Shown: piece by piece, positions 38,720 to 46,382 of the stretch
Layout: the number at the start of each line of letters is the position of its first letter
How positions within the stretch are numbered: the first letter of the stretch is position 1
NCBI GenBank assembly: GCA_964548045.1
Contig: CAZJQZ010000002.1
Location: 1-52,063, forward strand
Origin: an uncultured Dehalococcoidia bacterium
GTDB taxonomy: Bacteria; Chloroflexota; Dehalococcoidia; SZUA-161; SpSt-899
Length of the DNA: 52,063 nucleotides
Direction of reading: 5' to 3'
Notes under the pieces: generated by a model
What the model saw: only the letters and a program-made list of their open reading frames with translations
Told to the model about the DNA's origin: nothing
Database searches by the model: none
Program-made: the position numbers and the translations under genes

Positions 38720-38739
38720 ATCGACAAACTGTTGTCGAT
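38720..38739. promoter_or_regulatory. Palindrome ATCGACAA-ACTG-TTGTCGAT upstream of the AOR-like gene (operator or 5'-UTR hairpin)
   Basis: 8-bp perfect arms lying 33-52 nt upstream of the GTG start, in the 371-nt AT-rich region shared with the divergent SorC-type regulator gene. Confidence 0.35.
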
Positions 38740-39058
38740 ATGACCAGTAATATTTGTAAGCATCATAATCGAAATATCGAATCAATCTCAAAGTCCACAT
38801 AAAACAGCTTAGAGCCAACGGCTTGCGGTACTCAACCACCTTATCGATTGCAGACTGTTAACTGTTGGCCCGTTCATATAACATGCTCTGTTCTTTTTAA
38901 CTGCACTAATAACACAGACTAATTGTCCATATATCTCAAGTCTAGCATGGCGACATTCTTGAAGTCAACATATTTCACTAATATGAAATTAATTGCAGAT
39001 TAATTAAAAATGAGTTATAATTCACTCCAGCAAGTTCCCTGCATATGCGAGGAATGCA

Positions 39059-40078
39059 ATGCCAAGAAAACCGGGCTCTGCAACCGATCAACTCGATATG
39101 TGGCGATGCGTCTGGGAACGCTATACCAGACCAAGCGTGACCCAAAAAGAAATCGCCAGTTATTTGAGCATGTCCGAAGCCAAAGTCTCCCGCTTGTTAG
39201 ACCGCGCCGCAAAAGAAGGGATGATGAAGGTTACTGTTGACGTAACTCCACCAAGGAATATTAAACTCGAATCTGCCTTGAGGGATCGATTCGAATTGTT
39301 TGATGCAGTAGTGATTCCAACTATCGGGAATGACGGACGTATTGTTAGAAGAAGCGTCGGCATCACGGCTGCAAGATATTTCGAATGGCTCGTCAGGGAT
39401 GGTTCCAAAGTGGCTGTTGCCTCCGGGACCACACTTACCCAAATGGTTGAGAATCTTACACCGCGAAGATTCCGAGATCTCAAGCTTTACCCCATGGCAG
39501 TTACAGATCTTGGCCTCAAAGCTAACGCCGCCCAGGTGGTTGAATTCTTTCCCAACGCATTAGTGGCATCCATGCGAGGTAAATATGGAGGCAATGTTCA
39601 AGCGTTTAATTTTCAAGTCTCGCCGGTAGAGAAACAGGAACTGAACGAACAGGAAAAACAGGAAATCCTAGAGCAAAATGGAATCAGCGATTTGTTCCAG
39701 GAGGCGTTGGATACTGATACGTTTCTTGTTGAGATAGGCACCTTCAAGTATATCGACAAACGCGCTGAGGAGATATTGCGATACTACAACACCGATACCG
39801 GAAAGTTAAAACAGCTTTCCCAAGGGCAGATCAATTTCCAGGCATTTGATTCGGAACACGTTCTTACCGAGGAATTCCGGGGTCTGAATGATATTATTAC
39901 CGTTCCGTTGGAACACCTCAAGCAAATGTCTCGAACACCGGGTAAGCACGTAATCGCAGTTTCCGCCGGGAAAGACAATATCGAAGCCATCAGTGCTTCA
40001 CTCTCGCCTAATATCCGCTGCTACGATATACTGATAACCGATGGAGCAGTGGCGGAAAGTATCCTCGGCATAGGCTGA
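39059..40078 (+). CDS. SorC/CggR-family transcriptional regulator (HTH plus sugar-phosphate-binding domain)
   Basis: 339 aa with the HTH segment VTQKEIASYLSMSEAKVSRLLDRAAKEGMMKV, followed by a DeoR-C/SorC-type effector domain. The exact start is uncertain. Confidence 0.65.
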   Translation: MPRKPGSATDQLDMWRCVWERYTRPSVTQKEIASYLSMSEAKVSRLLDRAAKEGMMKVTVDVTPPRNIKLESALRDRFELFDAVVIPTIGNDGRIVRRSVGITAARYFEWLVRDGSKVAVASGTTLTQMVENLTPRRFRDLKLYPMAVTDLGLKANAAQVVEFFPNALVASMRGKYGGNVQAFNFQVSPVEKQELNEQEKQEILEQNGISDLFQEALDTDTFLVEIGTFKYIDKRAEEILRYYNTDTGKLKQLSQGQINFQAFDSEHVLTEEFRGLNDIITVPLEHLKQMSRTPGKHVIAVSAGKDNIEAISASLSPNIRCYDILITDGAVAESILGIG

Positions 40079-40146
40079 TACTTTGAGGCTTGCTTTTTAA
40101 ATCAGGAAACCTTACTATACTAAAGTAAACTTTAAATACCACAAGT

Positions 40147-40226
40147 AAGAGGTGCCCGGACGCGAATCTGGTGCGACCCCGCCGCTGTGATTCCCTTCAA
40201 GGAATAAGCCAGAACCTCAGCCTCTT
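40147..40226 (+). promoter_or_regulatory. Cobalamin riboswitch, compact form lacking the peripheral P6 extension (class-II-like)
   Basis: P1 is AAGAGG/CCTCTT. The core GGTGCGACCCCGCCGCTGTGA is nearly identical to the second riboswitch core. P5 is the hairpin ATTCC-CTTCAA-GGAAT. The B12-box-like sequence is AAGCCAGAACCTCAGCC. It lies upstream of btuF-like. Confidence 0.7.
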
Positions 40227-40287
40227 GATGACCTGTACTGGCCTCAGTGGCAGAGGAGTAAGATCGATGACAAGCTCATCACAAACC

Positions 40288-40312
40288 CCCTTGCTTGAAG
40301 ACCAGGGTTTTT
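40288..40312 (+). terminator. Weak hairpin plus T5 in the riboswitch expression platform; its loop is complementary to riboswitch loop L5
   Basis: CCCTTG-CTTGAAGA-CCAGGG followed by TTTTT. The loop TTGAAG (40295-40300) is the exact complement of L5 CTTCAA (40195-40200). Confidence 0.35.
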
Positions 40313-40344
40313 AATGAGCAACCGGTACGAAAAGGAGACACAAA

Positions 40345-41214
40345 ATGAAATTGCAAAGCATGCTGATTTCACTGGCACTCATATTGACCATCATTCCACT
40401 GGCAGCCTGCACGGAAATTGATGACAACGATGGCCCACCGGAGCGAATCATCTCGCTGGCGCCCAGCAACACAGAAATTCTCTTCGCTCTCGGACTGGGA
40501 GACTATGTCGTGGGAGTAACTGAATATTGCAATTATCCCCCTGAAGCCCGTCAGAAAACAATGATCGGCGGATTCTCTACCACCGATATAGAGAGAGTTA
40601 TCGAACTCGATCCGGACCTGGTGCTGGCCACCGGGATGCATGAAGAGACAGTAGTTCCCCATCTACGGGATAAAGGAATAAAGGTGCTCGTCATCGATCC
40701 TCAAACTCTGGACGAAGTGTGCATGGATATCGCGCTTATTGGAGTGGAGACCGAAAGGTTTGAAGAATCCAATATGCTGGTTACGGACATTGAAAACAGG
40801 ATCAAGGCAGTCATCAGTAAAGTCTCCTCCGCCAGCGAAAAACCGAGCGTTTTCTACGTCACCTGGCACGATCCGATATGGACCCTCGGCAGGGATACCA
40901 TCACTCACGAATTAATTGAAACCGCAGGAGGCAGCAACATATTCTCAGATTCCGAAGGACACATAGAGACAAATCTGGAAACGGTCATTGCCCGAAATCC
41001 GGAGATAATCCTGGCCTCGGCAGGGCATGGGGCAGCCGAGGATTCACCCGTTACCTGGGCTCAAACCGATGACAGGCTACGGGGAATCGATGCCCGAAAT
41101 AACGGCAGAATATATCAGGTAAATGTCGACCTGGTCACCCACGCCGGACCTCGAGCCATTGAAGGACTGGAACTGATAGCCGAACTCATCCACCCGGAGA
41201 TATTCGGAGAGTAA
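40345..41214 (+). CDS. btuF: Corrinoid/siderophore-type ABC substrate-binding lipoprotein (BtuF-like)
   Basis: 289 aa with a signal peptide and lipobox (PLAAC) and the class III SBP pattern (RIISLAPSNTEILFALG). It follows the B12 riboswitch. Confidence 0.75.
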   Translation: MKLQSMLISLALILTIIPLAACTEIDDNDGPPERIISLAPSNTEILFALGLGDYVVGVTEYCNYPPEARQKTMIGGFSTTDIERVIELDPDLVLATGMHEETVVPHLRDKGIKVLVIDPQTLDEVCMDIALIGVETERFEESNMLVTDIENRIKAVISKVSSASEKPSVFYVTWHDPIWTLGRDTITHELIETAGGSNIFSDSEGHIETNLETVIARNPEIILASAGHGAAEDSPVTWAQTDDRLRGIDARNNGRIYQVNVDLVTHAGPRAIEGLELIAELIHPEIFGE

Positions 41215-41234
41215 GCTCCAACTAGCAGGCTTTC

Positions 41235-42338
41235 ATGGCATCTAAAGTGGTCAGCCCCCCAAAACCCGGAAAACCCAAAATGCGTTCACCGCATCCTTTC
41301 CGCTGGCGCAATCGGTTGTACGCCATTGGAGGTCTGGCAATCCTGCTGGCCGGTGTAGTGGTCTTTGCCTGCTCTCTGGGCAGCGCCGACGTTCCCTTCT
41401 CCACCATCTGGCAGATGCTCATTTCCAAATTGCCGTTCGTGGATATTGACGGAAACTGGTCAACAAATACCGAAATCATCATCCTGGAGACACGCCTCCC
41501 GCGAATCATTCTCGCCGGGATCGTGGGGGCCTCACTCGGTGTAGCCGGGGCAACTTATCAGGGACTCTTTCGCAATCCACTGGCCGACCCATACCTTATC
41601 GGAGTCTCTCACGGGGCTCTGCTGGGTGCGGCTATCGGCTTCCTGCTGCCGATTAGCTGGCACGGGCTGGCAGGCGATGCGATCGTACCGGTATTAGCTT
41701 TCATTGGAGCCGCGATAACCGTCACCATCGTTTATCTCATCGCCCGCACAGGGAAAAGCCTGCCGGTAACCACACTCATTCTGGCTGGCGTAGCCCTGGG
41801 CGCCTTCCTCTCATCCATAACCTCCTACCTGATTATCACCAGCGACAGTGATAGGCTACACAGTATTATTTCGTGGATGCTGGGGCACTTCTCTTTGAGC
41901 AGTTGGGACGAGGTTCTAATCGTTCTTCCCTGCATGATTATAGGAACTCTTATTATCTGGATTTACGCCCGGCCACTGAACGTAATGCAACTGGATGAAG
42001 AACAGGCACAGCAACTGGGAATCAACGTAGAGAAAGTGAAGCTGATTTTACTGGCCGCTGCCACACTCGTCACTGCCGCAGCAGTGGCATTTTGCGGCAC
42101 TATTGGTTTTGTGGGAATCATCATCCCACACGCCGTACGGCTGATCTGGGGTCCGGACCATCGTTTCCTGTTGCCTCTCTCAACGCTGACTGGAGCAATA
42201 TTCCTCATTCTGGCAGATACCCTGGCACGCACCATTTTGACACCCGAAGAAATACCGGTAGGTGTGATAACCGCCTTTGTCGGAGCACCGTTCTTCCTGT
42301 ATTTGCTGAGAAAACGAAAGAGAGGAACATTCTTTTGA
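41235..42338 (+). CDS. btuC: FecCD-family ABC permease (BtuC-like)
   Basis: Polytopic protein with FecCD-family segments (RLPRIILAGIVGASLGVAGATYQG, GTIGFVGIIIPH). The start may be an internal Met. Confidence 0.8.
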   Translation: MASKVVSPPKPGKPKMRSPHPFRWRNRLYAIGGLAILLAGVVVFACSLGSADVPFSTIWQMLISKLPFVDIDGNWSTNTEIIILETRLPRIILAGIVGASLGVAGATYQGLFRNPLADPYLIGVSHGALLGAAIGFLLPISWHGLAGDAIVPVLAFIGAAITVTIVYLIARTGKSLPVTTLILAGVALGAFLSSITSYLIITSDSDRLHSIISWMLGHFSLSSWDEVLIVLPCMIIGTLIIWIYARPLNVMQLDEEQAQQLGINVEKVKLILLAAATLVTAAAVAFCGTIGFVGIIIPHAVRLIWGPDHRFLLPLSTLTGAIFLILADTLARTILTPEEIPVGVITAFVGAPFFLYLLRKRKRGTFF

Positions 42339-42438
42339 GAAATCACCAGGATTGTGAGCATCCTGCTCGCTATATAAGGCCCTGCGCTTCAGAGCAGAGA
42401 TACTCACATACGCAGCAAGGCCATCCTGTGAAGGTCAA

Positions 42439-43233
42439 ATGCTACAACTCGAAAATATAACTCTCGGATACGGTAAGCAGATAATCCTCAACGGAATTAA
42501 TCTCACCGCTGAGCAGGGTGAGATTATGGGAATCATCGGGCCCAACGGCTCTGGTAAATCCACTCTCATCAAAGGCATCTGCCGGTTGTTAGAGCCGCAA
42601 ACCGGCCGAGTTCTGATCGCCGGGCAGGACGTAGCGCACCTCAGCAGGGGACAACTGGCTCAACTCGTAGCAGTAGTTCCCCAGACCCCCACCCTCCCGG
42701 ATACCTTCACCGCCTTCGAGATAGTGCTAATGGGGCGCACCCCTTATCTGGGCAGATTCCGCTTCGAGGGAATGACGGATTTCGATATCGCCTGGAAAGC
42801 AATGGGAATAACCGGCACCCAGGAAATTGCGGAACGGAGAATGGACGAGATTTCCGGAGGCCAGAAACAGCTCCTCACCATTGCCCGGGCTTTGACCCAG
42901 GAACCAAAACTCATCCTGCTGGACGAACCTACAGCCCATCTTGATATCAATTACCAGATAGAGACACTTGATTTTGTCAGCAGATTATGTAAAGAACAAA
43001 ATCTGGCAGCGGTGGCTGTCCTCCATGACCTGAACCTCGCCGCCCAGTACTGCGATCGGCTGGCACTCCTGAGCAACGGAGGTGTCTATGCCAAGGGCTC
43101 ACCAGATGAAGTAATCACTGAACAACACATCAAAGAGGTATACGGAGCGAATGTTTGCGTTTATCCCCACCCGGCTAACAGCCTGCCTACTACAGTGATC
43201 ATGCCCGGTAAAGGCAACCAAACAGGTGCATAG
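42439..43233 (+). CDS. btuD: ABC transporter ATPase (BtuD/FepC-like)
   Basis: Walker A GPNGSGKST, signature ISGGQKQ and Walker B LILLDEPTAHLD. Confidence 0.85.
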   Translation: MLQLENITLGYGKQIILNGINLTAEQGEIMGIIGPNGSGKSTLIKGICRLLEPQTGRVLIAGQDVAHLSRGQLAQLVAVVPQTPTLPDTFTAFEIVLMGRTPYLGRFRFEGMTDFDIAWKAMGITGTQEIAERRMDEISGGQKQLLTIARALTQEPKLILLDEPTAHLDINYQIETLDFVSRLCKEQNLAAVAVLHDLNLAAQYCDRLALLSNGGVYAKGSPDEVITEQHIKEVYGANVCVYPHPANSLPTTVIMPGKGNQTGA

Positions 43234-43247
43234 GAAAACTTTCTGCA

Positions 43248-44180
43248 ATGGATTTTCTCATCATCTTACTGCTGGCACTCATAATCGATCTGATTCTGGG
43301 AGACCCGCCAACCAGATTCCATCCGGTGGGCTGGATGGGAAAGCTTATCTCACTTCTGGAATCTATCGCTCCCAGGAAAGGCAGGGTCGCTCCGTTCCTC
43401 TACGGTGCAATAGCTGTGTTGCTCAGCACAGGCACATTCACAGCGCCGACTTATTTTCTATTGCAATACCTTGATGAAGTCAGCCGCATAGCCCACATTG
43501 TTATCGGAGCACTGCTATTGAAATCAGTGTTTTCCGTAAAAGGGCTTTACTGTTCCGCATCACAAGTAAAAATGCAACTCGAAAGCAACAATTTAAAAGA
43601 AGCCCGGACCCGGATGCCCGCGCTGGTAAGCCGCAACCCGGAAGAACTTGATGAATCTCTGATAGTGGCAGCAACTATCGAATCGGTGGCCGAAAGCACA
43701 TCGGATAGTTACGTAGCCCCGCTTTTCTGGTTCCTTATTTTCGGCGTGCCTGGAGCGATAGCCTACCGAATGGTCAACACATTTGATTCCATGATCGGCT
43801 ATCGGGGGAAATATGAATACATCGGCAAATTTGCCGCCCGATTAGATGACATCCTCAATCTGATTCCGGCCCGACTTACGGGACTGATGATCGTGATCGC
43901 CGCATTCCTCACCCGCAAGAACGGCGCTTCGTCGTGGCAAATTATGATGCGCGACCACAGCCAAACCCAGAGCCCGAACGCTGGCTGGCCCATGAGCGCG
44001 GCAGCCGGAGCGCTAAAAGTGCAACTGGAAAAAGTGGGGTACTATAAGCTGGGAAGTGTACGTAATACACTTTCGCCGCAAACTATCAAATCAATGCTGC
44101 TCATTATGTGCCTTGTGGTAGCTATCTGGAGTTTGTTATGCTTGAGTATTGAGGGGGTGAAATTTGCCCTTGCTTCCTAG
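43248..44180 (+). CDS. cbiB: Adenosylcobinamide-phosphate synthase
   Basis: 310-aa membrane protein with the N-terminal LILGDPPTRFHPVGWMGKLI typical of CbiB/CobD. Confidence 0.9.
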   Translation: MDFLIILLLALIIDLILGDPPTRFHPVGWMGKLISLLESIAPRKGRVAPFLYGAIAVLLSTGTFTAPTYFLLQYLDEVSRIAHIVIGALLLKSVFSVKGLYCSASQVKMQLESNNLKEARTRMPALVSRNPEELDESLIVAATIESVAESTSDSYVAPLFWFLIFGVPGAIAYRMVNTFDSMIGYRGKYEYIGKFAARLDDILNLIPARLTGLMIVIAAFLTRKNGASSWQIMMRDHSQTQSPNAGWPMSAAAGALKVQLEKVGYYKLGSVRNTLSPQTIKSMLLIMCLVVAIWSLLCLSIEGVKFALAS

Positions 44181-45243
44181 GCCGGAAATTGAGAATCTGC
44201 AAAATTGCCCGCACGGGGGCCCCAACTTCGCCGAGCTGGAACGATTGGGCCTCAAACCAGAGGAGGTGCTCGATTTCAGCGTCAGTGCCAATCCTTTCGG
44301 TCCTTCACCGGAGGTAAGGGAAGCCATTACTTCAACAGTGCTCGACCGCTACCCTGATTCCGAATCGAGCGAACTCAGGAATGCACTGGCAACACACCTC
44401 AGTGTAAACCCGGAAAATCTCATTATCGGCAACGGCTCAACGGAGATCATTCGCCTCATTGCCTCCGCCTATTTCCCCAAAGACAGCCCGGTTCTTATCG
44501 TGGAACCGACCTTTGGCGAATACGAAATCGCCTGCCGCATCGCCGGGGCAAAGATTTTCAGGCACCTCATACAGGAGAGCGATAATTTCAAATTAAATAC
44601 GGATGAGCTTGTCAGGTCAATCCGATCTCATCAGCCCAAAGCGGTTTTTCTCTGCAATCCAAACAACCCAACCGGACAATACCTGAAACGGGACAAAATC
44701 GAACAAATCCTTTCAGCCTGCGAAGATACCCTGCTCATTCTCGATGAAGCCTACGTCAGTTTTACCACAGAACCGTGGAATTCCCTTGAACTGGTCGACC
44801 GTGAAAATCTTATCATCATCCGTTCCATGACCAAGGATTACGCTCTGGCCGGACTGCGGCTGGGATATGGCGCAGCTAATCCTGCGATAATCGATACACT
44901 GAAAAAGGTGTGCTCACCGTGGAATGTGAATGCAGTTGCCCAAAGCGCCGGCACAACAGTCCTGAGCAACCAGTATCATCTCAACCGCTGCAAAGATGAC
45001 ATTTTGAAAGCAAAGGGATTTCTACTCGAAAAGCTTTCTGCTCTCGGACTGAACCCGCTACCTTCAGATGCTAACTTCTTTCTGCTGAACGTTGGCAATG
45101 CCGCCCGGTTTCGTCAGAAACTGCTCCGGCACGGAATCATGGTGCGCGATTGCACATCATTCGGGTTGCCGAAATATGTACGAATAGCGCCTCGCACCCT
45201 GCCCGAATGCGAGAAATTAATCCTGGCGATCGGTGAGATTTAA
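44164..45243 (+). CDS. cobD: PLP-dependent L-threonine-O-3-phosphate decarboxylase (HisC-like aminotransferase fold)
   Basis: 359 aa with the PLP-Lys motif SMTKDYALAGLRLGY. Assignment as the decarboxylase rather than HisC rests on its position between cbiB and cobO. Confidence 0.7.
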   Translation: MPLLPRPEIENLQNCPHGGPNFAELERLGLKPEEVLDFSVSANPFGPSPEVREAITSTVLDRYPDSESSELRNALATHLSVNPENLIIGNGSTEIIRLIASAYFPKDSPVLIVEPTFGEYEIACRIAGAKIFRHLIQESDNFKLNTDELVRSIRSHQPKAVFLCNPNNPTGQYLKRDKIEQILSACEDTLLILDEAYVSFTTEPWNSLELVDRENLIIIRSMTKDYALAGLRLGYGAANPAIIDTLKKVCSPWNVNAVAQSAGTTVLSNQYHLNRCKDDILKAKGFLLEKLSALGLNPLPSDANFFLLNVGNAARFRQKLLRHGIMVRDCTSFGLPKYVRIAPRTLPECEKLILAIGEI

Positions 45244-45245
45244 AA

Positions 45246-45782
45246 ATGAAATTGGCCATTATTACTACCTTAGCCATCTCCCTGGCGGCAATCGCTTCCG
45301 GCTGCACATGCGTCAAAAACCAATCCAATATCAACGTAACTATCCGGGAAATAACACTAAGCAAAATATCATTCGACCAGAGCACCATCGATGTCGCTGT
45401 TCGGATTTATAATGAGAACACGGTAAATGCCACCCTGGATCGAATCGAATACGATATCTACTTCGGAAACAAGGACAAATGGATATGGATTGGCCGGGGA
45501 GAAAAAGAGGAATTGGACATCGCAGCAAACGAAACCAGTGATTTCACAGTCACTACCATTATTGAAAATCAGCAATATCTGAAGCTCATGACGAATTCCA
45601 TTTTCGGGACCTCACCCACTCAAATGAAAGTGGATGGCACCGCCTGGTGCAAGGTAGGGCCTGCCACCTTTGAAGTGGCTTTCGATGAGACAGACATCGA
45701 TCCTTACGATCAACTATCCGAAGGCGAAAGCATAGGAACGGACCCAGTGGAAGCAGGGACAGAAGGAGAACGCGGTGAATAA
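45246..45782 (+). CDS. LEA_2/WHy-like beta-sandwich lipoprotein with an acidic tail
   Basis: 178 aa with a lipobox (IASGC). The pattern NINVTIREITL...IDVAVRIYNEN...LDRIEYDIYFGN is typical of LEA14/NDR1-type domains. It overlaps the cobO start by 8 nt. Confidence 0.5.
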   Translation: MKLAIITTLAISLAAIASGCTCVKNQSNINVTIREITLSKISFDQSTIDVAVRIYNENTVNATLDRIEYDIYFGNKDKWIWIGRGEKEELDIAANETSDFTVTTIIENQQYLKLMTNSIFGTSPTQMKVDGTAWCKVGPATFEVAFDETDIDPYDQLSEGESIGTDPVEAGTEGERGE

Positions 45783-46290
45783 AGGATTCATCCATATCTA
45801 CACAGGTGACGGGAAAGGCAAGACAACTGCTGCATTGGGGCTGGCGCTTCGCGCCACCGGGCAGGATTTCAAGGTAATCGTCATCCAGTTTTTGAAAGGG
45901 GATCACGGCTGCGGAGAACACCTCTTTGCCTCTAAATACCAGCCCTTTGAGATAGTTCAATTCACCAATGGAAATTGCTTCACCCTGCCGGAAGAACAGT
46001 TGAAAGAAGATGTTGAGAAAACGTTTGATTTCATCAAAGATACGATGGCCAGCGGAAAATATCAGATGGTCATTCTCGATGAAATATTCACAGCTATGAA
46101 CAGAGGGCTGCTGGAAACGGCCAGAGTTATTGAAATGATACAGCGCAAACCTGATTCGATTGAACTGGTTCTTACCGGACGCAACCCGCCACCGGAGATT
46201 ATGGAACTGGCCGATTACATCACCGAAATGCAGATGAAAAAACACCCCTTCACCAGAGGAATCAAAGCACGAAAAGGGATCGAGTATTGA
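45775..46290 (+). CDS. cobO: Cob(I)yrinic acid a,c-diamide / cob(I)alamin adenosyltransferase
   Basis: 171 aa with GFIHIYTGDGKGKTTAALGLALRA and ILDE motifs. Confidence 0.88.
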   Translation: MNKGFIHIYTGDGKGKTTAALGLALRATGQDFKVIVIQFLKGDHGCGEHLFASKYQPFEIVQFTNGNCFTLPEEQLKEDVEKTFDFIKDTMASGKYQMVILDEIFTAMNRGLLETARVIEMIQRKPDSIELVLTGRNPPPEIMELADYITEMQMKKHPFTRGIKARKGIEY

Positions 46291-46342
46291 GATAACAGGA
46301 ACTGACAGGATGTTTTTATCCTGTAAATCCTGTTATCCTGTC
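46291..46342. repeat. Cluster of five ACAGGA(T)/ATCCTGT heptamers forming nested/alternative hairpins
   Basis: ACAGGA at 46295 and ACAGGAT at 46305, then ATCCTGT at 46318, 46327 and 46335. The outer stem GATAACAGGA/TCCTGTTATC is 10 bp and the inner stem ACAGGAT/ATCCTGT is 7 bp. Confidence 0.6.
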
Positions 46343-46382
46343 AAATAAAAAAAGGTGAAGACTGGAAACGGTCAAAAGGATA

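Noticed and set aside
39010-39240. The 76-aa ORF upstream of and overlapping the SorC regulator.
   Set aside because: It lies in a different frame from the regulator, is Arg/Lys-rich and has no motifs. The regulator frame carries a clear HTH.
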